This document shows, in pieces, positions 49,004 to 58,747 of a stretch of DNA of 64,000 nt; the stretch's first letter is position 1, and every line of letters starts with the position of its first letter. The position numbers and the translations under genes are program-made. This stretch comes from Vicinamibacteraceae bacterium (GTDB lineage: Bacteria; Acidobacteriota; Thermoanaerobaculia; Multivoradales; Multivoraceae), in NCBI GenBank assembly GCA_012270995.1, contig JAAXHG010000062.1:25881-89880 (forward strand). Direction: 5' to 3'. The notes under the pieces were generated by a model. That model saw only the letters and a program-made list of their open reading frames with translations. It was not told the origin of the DNA and ran no database searches.

Positions 49004-50247
49004 GCGGCTCGATGCCTCTCAACGACCGCCATGTCGAGCTCGACGCCCAAACCCGGCCCCGTCGGCGGTTCGATGAACCCGTTCTCGAACTTGATCGGCT
49101 CGACGAAGATGTCGCTGTGCAGGGCGTTCGTGTTGAACTCCTGGATCAGGAAGTTCGGCGAGCAGGTGTCGATCTGTATCGCCGCCGACGCCGCGACCGG
49201 GCCGCAGTACATGTGCGGCGCAATCATCGCGTAGCGGGTCTCGGCCATGCCGGCGATCTTCTTCGCCACGAGGAGGCCGCCGCACTGGCCGACGTCGAGC
49301 TGGATGATCTGCGCCGCCTGCTTCTCCAGCACCTCCGCGAACTCGAACATGTTGACCAGCCGCTCGCCGGTGGCGATCGGGATGCTCGTGTGAGCCGCGA
49401 CGCGGGCCATCTCGTCGACGTTCTCGGGCGGCACCGGCTCCTCGAAGAAGAAGGGGTCGAACTCCTCGAGAATGTCCGCGACGCGCAGCGCCACCGCGGT
49501 CGAGAACTGGCCGTGAGTGCCGATGCCGATCTCCAGTTCGTCGCCGACCGCGTCCCGCATGGCGCGGAAAATCGTCGCCACGTGGCGGATCGTCTTCAGT
49601 GTGTAGTCCCGCGGCGGTCCCGTGATCGGCGAGAACGGATCGAGCTTGCAGCAGGTGATGCCGCGGTCGACCAGTTCCTGTGCCCGTTCGCCGGCAAGGG
49701 ACGGGTTCTCCCAGATGCCGGAGCTGTTCAGGTAGGCATACGCTCGTAACTTGTCGTGGTACCTGCCCCCGAGGAGGTTGTAGACCGGCTGGTTCGTCGC
49801 CTTGCCAATCAGGTCCCAGCAGGCCATCTCGATCGCCGAGAACGCCGGCACGCCGTACAGCCCGGGGTGGCTGTAGTCGTGGAGCGTGGTCTTCATCCGC
49901 TGCCAGATCTTCTCCACGTCGAAGGGGCTCTGGCCCAGCACGAAGCGATCGAACAGATCGTTCAGCAACTCGATCTGTGGCTTCAGGTTCGTGGCGCCGC
50001 CGGAAACGCGCTCACCCAGACCGACGAGTCCTTCGTCCGTCCTGAGTTGAATGAACAGCCACTTGCGGTGCCCGATCGGCGGGTCGATGTTGTCGATCAG
50101 GATCGTCTCGAGTTCGGTGATCTTCATGTTCGACGCCTCGGAGTGTTGAGCCAGCGCAGCGGCCGCCTGCCGCGCCGCGGTCAGGCCGGCTGTCATGCCG
50201 GCCAAAGCACTCCCGGCGCTGGAAAGGAAGCCGCGTCTGGTGATCAT
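49000..50247 (-). CDS. Enolase-superfamily enzyme (mandelate racemase/muconate lactonizing family dehydratase) with twin-arginine signal
   Basis: TAT motif MITRRGFLSSAGSALAGMTAG. MR/MLE capping domain followed by a barrel (KLDPF, DVGQCGG, EEP metal ligands). 4-nt overlap with the downstream gene. Confidence 0.7.
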   Translation of the reverse strand: MITRRGFLSSAGSALAGMTAGLTAARQAAAALAQHSEASNMKITELETILIDNIDPPIGHRKWLFIQLRTDEGLVGLGERVSGGATNLKPQIELLNDLFDRFVLGQSPFDVEKIWQRMKTTLHDYSHPGLYGVPAFSAIEMACWDLIGKATNQPVYNLLGGRYHDKLRAYAYLNSSGIWENPSLAGERAQELVDRGITCCKLDPFSPITGPPRDYTLKTIRHVATIFRAMRDAVGDELEIGIGTHGQFSTAVALRVADILEEFDPFFFEEPVPPENVDEMARVAAHTSIPIATGERLVNMFEFAEVLEKQAAQIIQLDVGQCGGLLVAKKIAGMAETRYAMIAPHMYCGPVAASAAIQIDTCSPNFLIQEFNTNALHSDIFVEPIKFENGFIEPPTGPGLGVELDMAVVERHRAA

Positions 50248-50337
50248 TGCAGGCGGTCCGACTCTACGCGGCGCAGCATCCCATGGACGGCGTGCCGAGA
50301 TCCGGCGCCTCCGTTCGCACAGGCGCTAGAGGCGGCT

Positions 50338-50766
50338 CTAGGCGACCCTGTCTTCGACCACGAGACTGCGCCCAACGGCTCGAAGGGCGCTCGTGACTCT
50401 GCTGATGTGGGAGTAGCGGTCCGGATCGAGCAGCTTGCCGACCGAGGCCTCGTCCAACCCGAGTTGCTCGGCCAGAGCCGCCTCGCTCAGGCCCTGTTCC
50501 CGCATCGCCGAGTAGAGCGCCAGTTTTGCGGCGGGAACGGGTGGAACGGCCACGACCTCCTGGCCATCCGCGACGGCGCTTGGGGTGGGAAGGTCTTCTC
50601 CGTTGTGGACGTGACTAGCGAGTATGGCGACAAGGGCGTCCGCCGCCATTTCCAGAGCTTCGGTTCGGTCGTCTCCGCACGTCAACGCCCCCGGAACATC
50701 GGGGAAAACGACAAAGAAGCCGCCGCCTTCTTCCGGGTTGAGAACACACGGATAGGCATAGCGCAT
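50338..50766 (-). CDS. hicB: HicB family antitoxin (RNase H-like fold + C-terminal HTH)
   Basis: MRYAYPCVLNPEEGGGFFVVFPDVPGALTCGDDRTEALEMAADAL. C-terminal HTH LSEAALAEQLGLDEASVGKL. Confidence 0.7.
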   Translation of the reverse strand: MRYAYPCVLNPEEGGGFFVVFPDVPGALTCGDDRTEALEMAADALVAILASHVHNGEDLPTPSAVADGQEVVAVPPVPAAKLALYSAMREQGLSEAALAEQLGLDEASVGKLLDPDRYSHISRVTSALRAVGRSLVVEDRVA

Positions 50767-50769
50767 CGG

Positions 50770-50976
50770 CTAGAAGTCTCCTCTGTCGACACTCAGATCT
50801 CTTAGCATGGATGCCAGCAGCCCTCGTCCGATCTCCTTCTGCGGAACCGTCGTCCAGCGGTTACCCAGATAGAGCACCGCGTGGCTTCCCTTCCCTCTGC
50901 GGGTGTCCAAACGGAAGTCCTGCTCCGTCCTCCGCGCATATCGCCTGGCTCGTCTGATGAACTCCCGTCCGTTCAT
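50770..50976 (-). CDS. hicA: HicA family toxin (mRNA interferase)
   Basis: 68 aa. RRGKGSHAVLYLGNRWTTVPQKEIGRGLLASMLRDL. Sits 4 nt upstream of hicB. Confidence 0.7.
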   Translation of the reverse strand: MNGREFIRRARRYARRTEQDFRLDTRRGKGSHAVLYLGNRWTTVPQKEIGRGLLASMLRDLSVDRGDF

Positions 50977-51165
50977 GCTCCCGCTGCCGCAACGGAGGAT
51001 CCTCCCTCAGAAGGCGAGATGGACTACGGTCGCTCGCAGATGACGCGAGGCTATCACCCGGCAATGTGTAGTTTCGCCCGGCGCACCGCCGATGCCAGCA
51101 CTCGGCGCTACCATCCTGTCAGCGCCGCAGACGCGCTTCCCATCCAACTGAAAGGCCGCTTCACG

Positions 51166-51423
51166 ATGAGTTCCGTCATCACCGTCCGTGACCTCGACCC
51201 GGGGGACAGGGCCTGGCTGAGGCATGAAGCGCGCCTGGCCGGTCTTTCGGTAGAAGAGTACGTTCGGCGCTTGATCCGGGAGAAGCGCGAGGAAGCGGAA
51301 CGGCGGTACAAACCCTCGGAGGCGTTCAGGAGGCACTTCGGTGTCACACACGGCATCGAGTTGCCGCCGATCAGGCGTTGCTCGCACGAGGCCGTCACGT
51401 TCGCGGACGAGACCGAGGGGTGA
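51166..51423 (+). CDS. Orphan RHH antitoxin (third VapB/FitA paralog); downstream toxin apparently decayed
   Basis: MSSVITVRDLDPGDRAWLRHEARLAGLSVEEYVRRLIRE. GTGA overlap leads into a frame reading LAGFFRTNVMS (degenerate PIN N-terminus, Asp to Arg), which is then cut by the convergent gene at 51505. Confidence 0.5.
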   Translation: MSSVITVRDLDPGDRAWLRHEARLAGLSVEEYVRRLIREKREEAERRYKPSEAFRRHFGVTHGIELPPIRRCSHEAVTFADETEG

Positions 51424-51504
51424 GTCTCCCGTTAGCGGGCTTCTTCAGGACGAACGTCATGTCGCTCACCCGCGCCGCTTCGCGGCGCGCTGTCAGGTCG
51501 ACTC

Positions 51505-52884
51505 TCAGGTCTCGACCTTGCTCATCAGCCGCGCGTCGGTCACCGGGAAGTGGCAGAGCGTTTCGTCGCAGGCCTGGTAGTCGACCAGGAGCGTCGCCAC
51601 GACGCCACGGCCCTCGAGCGGCACTTCGACGCGGAAGTCGCCGTGCATCCGGCCCTGGCCGTCCACCTTGGGCAGAACCGGGTCGCCCGCGACCTGCAGG
51701 CCGAAGCCGGCCGGTGCCCGGACGCCGAACTTGAACTCCGCGTCGGAGCCGGGGGCGTAGATCCAGAAGCCCGGTTCGAGCCTGAAGTCGAGGACGGCCA
51801 GCGTGGTCTCGCCGTCGGTCGTCGTCGACATGGTCACCTCGACCGCCGGACTCACGGCGACGGAGAGGTTCTCCAGCTCGCCGCCGTCCACCGCGAACCG
51901 GGACGAGCTGAGCAGGTCCGGCCCTCCCGGGCCCTGGGCGGCCCGGAAGCGGTAGCCGCCCCAGTCGGAGGCGAACAGCGAGTCCCCGTTCTCGTCGAGC
52001 CAGCCCTGCCAGTCGTCGGCGGAGTCATGGCTCAGGCCGGTGTAGCGGCTAAGCAAGCGCTGCGCGCGCTCGGGCTCGACGCCTTCGCGCAGGTCGGCGA
52101 CCGCGCGGTCCAGCAGCGCCGGGTCCTTGTTCGCGATCCCCAGCGCCCTGGCGTCCTCGTCGATCCGGAAGCGTCCGTCGAGCCGGAAGTACACCTTGCC
52201 CCCGTACTCGCTGCCGACGCGGGCGCCGTCCCAGTAGAGGTACGGCTCGTTCTCCGCGTACCAGGCCTGCCGCTCCTCGCGGTCGCCGCGCGCCGCTTCG
52301 GGAACCGCGTCGCCGAAGCTGAACGCGAGGCCGCGTTCCTGGGCCTCCTTCACCTTCTCCGGCGTGTCGTAGTACTCCTTCATGTCCTCGGTTTCGTAGT
52401 TGTCGAGTAGCGCGAGGCTGGTCGCCAGCCCCTCCCGGGGGCGGGCCTCACGAGTCGTCAGGATCGGATGGTCCCTGAAGCCGTGGATGTAGTGGACCGC
52501 GTTGATCAGCAGCCGCTGGCCGGTTTCGGTCATCTCGTCCGGAGTGCCGTAGAACCCCCACTGCAGCAGCCGCCCCTGGCGGCCGATGGCGAAGTAGTCC
52601 GGACCCTTCAGGTGCATGCCGCCGGCGATCCATTCCGTGTCGGGTGAATCGAGGAAGCCGTCGCCGGTCGTCACCACGCCGGCTTCGCTCTTGTCCGGCC
52701 GCTCGCCGACCGGCAGGTTCAGGGTGTCCCATTCCTTCTTGAGGACCTTGACCGTGGTCATCGTGTCCGGAACGTCCTCCATCAACTCGTAGTACTTGTA
52801 CTTGGGCGGGGTAGGCACCTCCTCGAGCGCCAGCTCGATCGGCAGAGGTCCCTGGAAGATCGGATGGGTCGGGGACTGTGGCAC
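51505..52884 (-). CDS. Hypothetical protein with C-terminal DsbD-alpha-like (thiol:disulfide interchange N-terminal domain) region
   Basis: The C-terminal 120 aa (FKFGVRAPAGFGLQVAGDP...LLVDYQACDETLCHFP) resemble the DsbD N-terminal immunoglobulin-like domain with its Cys pair. Confidence 0.35.
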   Translation of the reverse strand: MPQSPTHPIFQGPLPIELALEEVPTPPKYKYYELMEDVPDTMTTVKVLKKEWDTLNLPVGERPDKSEAGVVTTGDGFLDSPDTEWIAGGMHLKGPDYFAIGRQGRLLQWGFYGTPDEMTETGQRLLINAVHYIHGFRDHPILTTREARPREGLATSLALLDNYETEDMKEYYDTPEKVKEAQERGLAFSFGDAVPEAARGDREERQAWYAENEPYLYWDGARVGSEYGGKVYFRLDGRFRIDEDARALGIANKDPALLDRAVADLREGVEPERAQRLLSRYTGLSHDSADDWQGWLDENGDSLFASDWGGYRFRAAQGPGGPDLLSSSRFAVDGGELENLSVAVSPAVEVTMSTTTDGETTLAVLDFRLEPGFWIYAPGSDAEFKFGVRAPAGFGLQVAGDPVLPKVDGQGRMHGDFRVEVPLEGRGVVATLLVDYQACDETLCHFPVTDARLMSKVET

Positions 52885-52908
52885 GACAGCCCTGGAGAAC
52901 AGGCACAG

Positions 52909-53295
52909 TCACCCGTATCGCCAGCCGAGCAGGAGGTTCAGGTCGTCCGAGATGCGGGCGCCCTGGCCGCCGATCAGGACGGTCGGCATGGACAGGGTCT
53001 CCAGCGTGACTCCCTCCGCTCCCGGGATCGTCTTGATCCGCTCCTCCGACCGGTCGATCGTCTGGCCGTCGACGATCAGGACGTCCGCGTCGCCGAGGTC
53101 GGCGCTCGCCAGATCGTTGCGGGCGATGCTCCGCACGTCGAAGTGCTCCGCGAGCATCGCGTGGTAGGCGTCCGCGTGGGCCGTGCCGGCGTCGCCGGCG
53201 TAGACGACGCGGAGTTGCGGCGCCGGCTCGGTGCAGGCGAGCGCCAGCGCGCCTGCCGCTAGCAGGGCCAGTCCGGACCATCTTGTGAATCGCAT
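52909..53295 (-). CDS. Hypothetical lipoprotein
   Basis: Lipobox LAAGALALACT. Confidence 0.4.
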   Translation of the reverse strand: MRFTRWSGLALLAAGALALACTEPAPQLRVVYAGDAGTAHADAYHAMLAEHFDVRSIARNDLASADLGDADVLIVDGQTIDRSEERIKTIPGAEGVTLETLSMPTVLIGGQGARISDDLNLLLGWRYG

Positions 53296-53344
53296 GTCGA
53301 TGTTCCCCTTGAGGTTTAGAGCGGCGGGACTGGAGCCTCCAACC

Positions 53345-53878
53345 TTACCGGCAGCAGCCGAGCCGTCTCTGATCCGACGCGGTCGGCGTGTCCAACGAGT
53401 ACACGTTGAACTGCCGTAGCGGCGGCGAGTAGATGTGGAGCGTGATCAGGTCCTCGCCCGCCGGTTGCGTGTTCGCGACCTGGTGGCAGTCGTCCTCCTC
53501 CGAGGCGCAGACGCGGCCGGCCCCGTGCTCGCGGCGACCGCAGGGGCAGATGAGGCCGGACGGCGTCGGCTCGAACGCCGTCTCGGTCGCCACGCCCTCG
53601 ACGACGCGGAAGGCGCAACTCGAGCCCCGGTGGTCGTGGATCGGGGTCCGCTGTCCGCTCGACCAGCACAGGCAGACCAGTTCGTACCAGTCCGACTCGG
53701 CGATCCGGTTCCGCCGGTAGCCGTGCGCGCCGAAGCGGCAGGCGGAGCCGAGGTCGGCCCGGGTCACCGGGATGTCGCCCAGCAGACCGCTCAGGACCTC
53801 CAGGTCGGCGCATCCGTCGAGCGACCCCAGGTAATCCAGCAGCGGACCAAGCCGGCCCGTGGACGACCCCGAGTTCAC
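53345..53878 (-). CDS. Cysteine dioxygenase type I-like cupin (thiol dioxygenase)
   Basis: IHDHRGSSCAFRVVEG...VANTQ...ITLHIYSPPL: cupin His ligands spaced as in CDO/3-mercaptopropionate dioxygenase. Confidence 0.5.
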   Translation of the reverse strand: MNSGSSTGRLGPLLDYLGSLDGCADLEVLSGLLGDIPVTRADLGSACRFGAHGYRRNRIAESDWYELVCLCWSSGQRTPIHDHRGSSCAFRVVEGVATETAFEPTPSGLICPCGRREHGAGRVCASEEDDCHQVANTQPAGEDLITLHIYSPPLRQFNVYSLDTPTASDQRRLGCCR

Positions 53879-53890
53879 GTCAACGCCCTC

Positions 53891-56728
53891 CTACATCGAC
53901 CACCTGATCCCGAACTGCGCCGAGCGCTGCGCGCCGCGCGTCCGGATCCGGGGCCAGTCGTCGCGAGTGATGGTGCCGGGCTCACCGAGACGGCCTCGGT
54001 TGTTGTAGCTGCGCAGACCGTCCATCTCGATCGCGTTCGTCCGGTCGGTGGCGTTGAAGACGTCGAGGAAGACGAGAAGGCCGTGTCGTTCCCCGACGGT
54101 GAAGTTCCTGGCGAGGCGCACGTCGGCCGAGAAGTAGTCCGGCGCGTTTCTGCTGTTGAAGCCCTCGAAGAGAATCGTCGGATAGGCGGGGAAGCCCCCG
54201 GGTGAGCGTATGAACTCGCTGTCCCGGACGGTGTAGGGAGTGCCGGACCGGTAGTCCAGGAATCCCGACAGTTGGAATCCCCAGGGCAGGTTCCCTATGG
54301 CTGAGAGCTTGTAGCTGTGCTCCACCTCGGTGTTGAGCGGACCATTGAACAGCGCGGGCGGGTCGTCCAGACCCTCATAGCGCGCCGCCCGGTTGAGGGT
54401 GGAGTTACCCGAGATCAGGTCGAAGAACGAACTGCCGACCGCGTCCTGGTTGGTGTAGCTCACGTGCACCAGGGAGCCGTTGGCAAAGCGGCGCTTGAAT
54501 TCGATCTCGACATCGAGGACCTCGCTGTAGCCCGTGTTGGTGTAGAAGCGGACCGGTCCCCTGGTGGGATCGGGCCGCGCTCCGTCGAGCTCGAATGACT
54601 GCCTGTTCAGGAAGTCCGTAAAGAAGAGGCCGTCGCTGTCGGAGCCGATGACGTGAATGCTCAACGTATTGCGCTCACCGAGCTGGCGCTCGTAACCCAC
54701 GGTCCACTTGACGATCTCAGGCAGGTAGAGGTTCGGATCGACGATCCTCTCGGAAGTCGCGGTTATGCCCGTCGGGTCCATTGCGCCAGTCGCGGGATCG
54801 ATCGGCACGCCAAAGAGGAGCGGGGGCCGCAGAGCCCCCGTATGGCCGATCAGGTTCGTTCGATCGTGGTAGATCCCGGCGCCGAAACGGAACACGGAAC
54901 GGCCGTTCCCCTGAACATCGACGGCAGCGCCGAGCCGCGCCTCGAGCGTCTGATCGTCGACCAGGTTGTTCCGGTCGTAGCGCCCGCCCAGATTGAACGT
55001 CCAGCGGTCGTTCACGAACCAGTCGTCCTGGACGAAGAGATGCGTGTTCGTGACCGAGGCGTCGATGTCGGTCGCCAACTGGTAGACGCCACTGGCCGGA
55101 GGGGTAGAGAAGTCGGGAGCGAACCCGTGGCTCCAGTTGCGCCACGCCGGCTGCTCGGTACGCTGACCGAAACGCTCCACGCCGACCCCCGCACGCAGGG
55201 AGTGATCGCCCTGGAGCCAGGACAGGCGTTCCTTCCACTGGAAGCTCTCGAGCGTGTTGTCGACCGCGGGGCCGATGGCGCCTCGGAGGTTGAAGACGAG
55301 ATCGCCTTCATCGAAGTAGAGACGAAGTTGCCGCAACGGATTCGAGGATGTCTCCATGCTCCGGTCGGACCCAATCTGTCCCACCACGGATTCCAGCGTC
55401 ATGTCCGACCTCACGGTGGCGACGTGGCGCACGGAAATGCCCAGGGAGTCGTTGGCATGATCCTGCTCCTCCACGTCTTCCAGGCGGGCGCGGAAGAGCG
55501 AGTGCGAAACGTCAGCCCGCTCGCTGACCCAGTTCCCCGACACGGTCAGGTCGTTCGAGTCCGAGAACTGGTGGGTCAGCTTGCCGGTCAGGCGGTCGCG
55601 GCTGGTGACGTTGGCGGTCAGCCCCAGCTCGGGCGGCACGGCCCGCACGTAGATGTGGCTCTGGTTGTAGTTGTAGCCCATCTCCAGATCGTCGTACTCG
55701 TAGCTGGTGAAGAAGTGGGTCGTGCCCCGGTTGACGGGGCCGCCCAGGGTCAGCGAGGCCTGTCTCCGCGTGAAGTCCTGCCCCTCCAACTGCTCCGCGT
55801 CGTCCGCGGTCGCCCCGGTGAACCCCGGTTCCACCAGCCCGTCGTGCGCTTGCTGAATCGTCGCCGAAGCGTTGTACCGGTCGGCGCCGGAGCGGGTGAT
55901 GATGTTGATCACGCCTCCGGACGCGTTGCCGTACTCGGCCGAGAACATCGAGGTCGACACCTGGACCTCCTGGATGGCGTCCAGGTTGTAGGTCTGCAGC
56001 GCCGTTCCCGTCGAGAAGCTCGATCCCATCTGGCCGGCGCCGGCGGAAGCCCGGGGCCCGGCCCGGGTCTCGGACGTGGCCAGATCGTCGTAGTTCAGGT
56101 CGCTCAGGTCGTTGTTGGCCACGCCGTCGATCAGGAACTGGTTCTGGTTCATGCGCGCGCCGTGAACACTGAAGCTGTTGTTCGGCGCACTGTTCTCCAG
56201 GGCGCCGACCGACAGCCCCCCGTGGACCCCTGGAAGGATCTTCAGCACGTCCAGGAAGCTCCGGTTCGGGAGCGGAAGGCTCTGGATCTCCTCGAAGGAG
56301 ATGTACTTGTTCACCCGGGAATCGACCGACTCGATCGGCGGCCGCTCGGAGACGACGGTGATCTCCTCGCTCACTTCCTCGGTGGCCGCGAGTTCGAAGT
56401 TCACGCGCTGAATGCTGCCGACCCGCACCGCCAGGGATACGGGCGGCGCGGCGTATCCGGTGGCCTCCACGGAGACCTGGTAGGTCGCGGGGCGCACGTT
56501 GGTCGCGTTGTAGAACCCGTCGGCGTCGGTGGTGAGAACGAGCGGATCCTCGATCTCCTGCGATTGAAGGATGACCGTAGCGCCGGACAGAGGTGCACCC
56601 TCCGCGTCGGTCACGGTGCCGAGCACCTGGCCGGTGGTGCCGAACTGGCCCGTGGCCGGCACGGCTACCAGCAGCAGGACGGCCCAGCCCACCGTCCGCG
56701 CGTGTCGAGTTCTCATCTGGTTGAACAT
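53891..56728 (-). CDS. TonB-dependent outer-membrane receptor with N-terminal carboxypeptidase-regulatory-like domain
   Basis: Signal peptide. GTVTDAEGAPLSGATVIL (CarbopepD_reg). Plug region. C-terminal beta-barrel ending in an aromatic residue (RWSM region). Confidence 0.7.
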   Translation of the reverse strand: MFNQMRTRHARTVGWAVLLLVAVPATGQFGTTGQVLGTVTDAEGAPLSGATVILQSQEIEDPLVLTTDADGFYNATNVRPATYQVSVEATGYAAPPVSLAVRVGSIQRVNFELAATEEVSEEITVVSERPPIESVDSRVNKYISFEEIQSLPLPNRSFLDVLKILPGVHGGLSVGALENSAPNNSFSVHGARMNQNQFLIDGVANNDLSDLNYDDLATSETRAGPRASAGAGQMGSSFSTGTALQTYNLDAIQEVQVSTSMFSAEYGNASGGVINIITRSGADRYNASATIQQAHDGLVEPGFTGATADDAEQLEGQDFTRRQASLTLGGPVNRGTTHFFTSYEYDDLEMGYNYNQSHIYVRAVPPELGLTANVTSRDRLTGKLTHQFSDSNDLTVSGNWVSERADVSHSLFRARLEDVEEQDHANDSLGISVRHVATVRSDMTLESVVGQIGSDRSMETSSNPLRQLRLYFDEGDLVFNLRGAIGPAVDNTLESFQWKERLSWLQGDHSLRAGVGVERFGQRTEQPAWRNWSHGFAPDFSTPPASGVYQLATDIDASVTNTHLFVQDDWFVNDRWTFNLGGRYDRNNLVDDQTLEARLGAAVDVQGNGRSVFRFGAGIYHDRTNLIGHTGALRPPLLFGVPIDPATGAMDPTGITATSERIVDPNLYLPEIVKWTVGYERQLGERNTLSIHVIGSDSDGLFFTDFLNRQSFELDGARPDPTRGPVRFYTNTGYSEVLDVEIEFKRRFANGSLVHVSYTNQDAVGSSFFDLISGNSTLNRAARYEGLDDPPALFNGPLNTEVEHSYKLSAIGNLPWGFQLSGFLDYRSGTPYTVRDSEFIRSPGGFPAYPTILFEGFNSRNAPDYFSADVRLARNFTVGERHGLLVFLDVFNATDRTNAIEMDGLRSYNNRGRLGEPGTITRDDWPRIRTRGAQRSAQFGIRWSM

Positions 56729-56940
56729 GTCCTTCGCTCCCTTCCGGTTCCCGGCCTTCGCGATCTAGACGCTGCCCGCGCCGGAGGTCGTTCGACCCCC
56801 GGCTCCCGGGCACACTTCAAACGGTATGAACAGGCTATGGGGAGGCCATGGCCACTAGCTTGATCCAAACCTCAGCGGACGTTGATCGGACTTGAAGCCG
56901 TCAGCAACCGGAGCGTGAGCCCGTCCGCTAGGATCCATCG

Positions 56941-58605
56941 GTGATCTTCTACTTCGGCCCCTTTGTGCTGAAGCCCGAGCAGTACGGCCTCGAGGTGGCC
57001 GGACAGCCGCGCCAGCTTCAGCCGAAGGTGTTCGAATTGCTGGCCTTCCTGGTCGCCAACAGGGATCGGGTGGTATCCAAGGAAGAGCTGCTGCGGAACA
57101 TCTGGCACGGCGCCTACGTGTCGGAAGCGGCGATCAGCCGCGCGGTCAGCGAGGTGCGCAAGGTTCTCCGCACTGGTGGCGGCAGCGCGGACTGGATCAC
57201 CACCGTCTACGGGCGCGGATTCCGCTTCGTCGGCCCGGTCATCGAGGACCTGGCCGCGCCGGACGGCGCCTCCGCGGTTCCGGACTCGCCGCCGGAGGAG
57301 GAGCGGAGGATCTCGATCGCCGTCCTGCCGTTCGCCGACCGCAGCCCGCAGCGCGACCAGGCTCATCTCTGCGAGGGGATGGCCGAGGAGATCCTCCACC
57401 GTCTCGCGCACGTCGTCGGCCTCCGGGTCGCGGCCCGCGGCGTGTCCTTCCAGTACGACGCGCTGGCCGACCCCCGCGAGGTCGGACGGCAGATCGGCGC
57501 CGACCTGGTGCTGGAGGGTACGGTCCGCAAGGAGGGCGACGAACTGCGCATCGGCGTCGAGGTGACCGACGCGCGGACCGGGCTCCAGGTCTGGTCGGAG
57601 CAGTGGCAGCGACACTCGCAGCAGGTCTTCGCGTTGCAGGACCAGACGGCGACGCTGATCGCCGAGACCCTGGAACTGCGCCTGGCGCCGGACGCGCCGC
57701 GGCACGAGGCGAGGCGCACCGCATCGAGCCAGGCCTACGACCTCTACCTGCGCGGCCGCAGTCTCTACCACCAGGCGCGCAAGCGGACCTACTACGAAGC
57801 CCGGCGGCTGTTCGCGGAGGCGATCCAGCTCGACTCCGAGTACGCCCTGGCCCACGCGGCGTCCGCCCACTGCTCGGCTTACCTCTACCTGTTTCACGAG
57901 CCGAGCGCGGAGAATCTCAGACTCGCCGACGAGTCGAGTTCGCGGGCCTTGGAGCTGGCGCCGGAAGTCGCGGAGTCGCACTCGGCGAGGGCGATGACCC
58001 TCAGCACGAACGGCCGGCTGGAAGAGGCCGAAGTCCACTTCCGGCGCGCCCTGGAACTCGATCCGCTGAGCTTCGAGGCGAATCACAACTTCGCCCGTCA
58101 CCGTTTCTCCCAGGGCCAGATGGAGGAAGCGGTCACGTTCTTCTTCCGGGCGATCGAGGCCGATCCGACGGCCTACGCCCCCTGCTCGATCTGCGCCTCG
58201 GCTCTGTCGACGCTGGGCCGGAAGACCGAAGCGACGCGACTCCAGGAACTCACGATGGCCAGGGTGCAAAGGCGCCTGCTGCGCTACCCCGACGACCAGC
58301 GCGCGATCTACCTGGGAGCAGTGGCTCTTGCCCGCGAGGGTCGAACGGACGAGGCCCTGGAGTGGGCCGCGCGGGCGGAGACCCTGGATCCGCAGGATGC
58401 CGTGGCGCTCTACAACCTGGCCTGCATCGCTTGCGTGTGCGGTGATGCGGAAAGCGGCCTGCGGTACCTGGAGTCGGCGATCACGCACGGTTATCCGCAC
58501 TTGAGCTGGATCGAGAACGATGCCGACCTGGCGGCGCTGCGGCAGGATCCGCGGTTCGAGGAGGTCGTGGCGCCGTTGCGGGGGGCGGCGCGGCAGGCGG
58601 GCTGA
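56941..58605 (+). CDS. Winged-helix (OmpR/CadC-type) transcriptional regulator with TPR repeats
   Basis: N-terminal trans_reg_C-like block LKPEQYGLEVAGQPRQLQPKVFELLAFLVANRDRVVSKEELLRNIW. Central TolB-N-like segment. C-terminal TPR repeats. Confidence 0.6.
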   Translation: MIFYFGPFVLKPEQYGLEVAGQPRQLQPKVFELLAFLVANRDRVVSKEELLRNIWHGAYVSEAAISRAVSEVRKVLRTGGGSADWITTVYGRGFRFVGPVIEDLAAPDGASAVPDSPPEEERRISIAVLPFADRSPQRDQAHLCEGMAEEILHRLAHVVGLRVAARGVSFQYDALADPREVGRQIGADLVLEGTVRKEGDELRIGVEVTDARTGLQVWSEQWQRHSQQVFALQDQTATLIAETLELRLAPDAPRHEARRTASSQAYDLYLRGRSLYHQARKRTYYEARRLFAEAIQLDSEYALAHAASAHCSAYLYLFHEPSAENLRLADESSSRALELAPEVAESHSARAMTLSTNGRLEEAEVHFRRALELDPLSFEANHNFARHRFSQGQMEEAVTFFFRAIEADPTAYAPCSICASALSTLGRKTEATRLQELTMARVQRRLLRYPDDQRAIYLGAVALAREGRTDEALEWAARAETLDPQDAVALYNLACIACVCGDAESGLRYLESAITHGYPHLSWIENDADLAALRQDPRFEEVVAPLRGAARQAG

Positions 58606-58607
58606 CT

Positions 58608-58640
58608 GTCGGTGCGCCGGCCTTCTGGCCGGCATCCGGG
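58608..58640 (+). terminator. GC hairpin repeat, copy 2 (GCCGGCC-TTCT-GGCCGGC), putative terminator
   Basis: Begins 3 nt after the regulator stop. ~90% identical to 18724-18759. Confidence 0.45.
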
Positions 58641-58747
58641 GCGATGCCGCGGAGCGGCGAGCCCGAAGCGCCCGCCCCGCGCTTGCACGCCTCCGCCCGA
58701 CACAGGCACACTCACGGTTTCACTCGAACAGCTCAAGGACGGAACGG

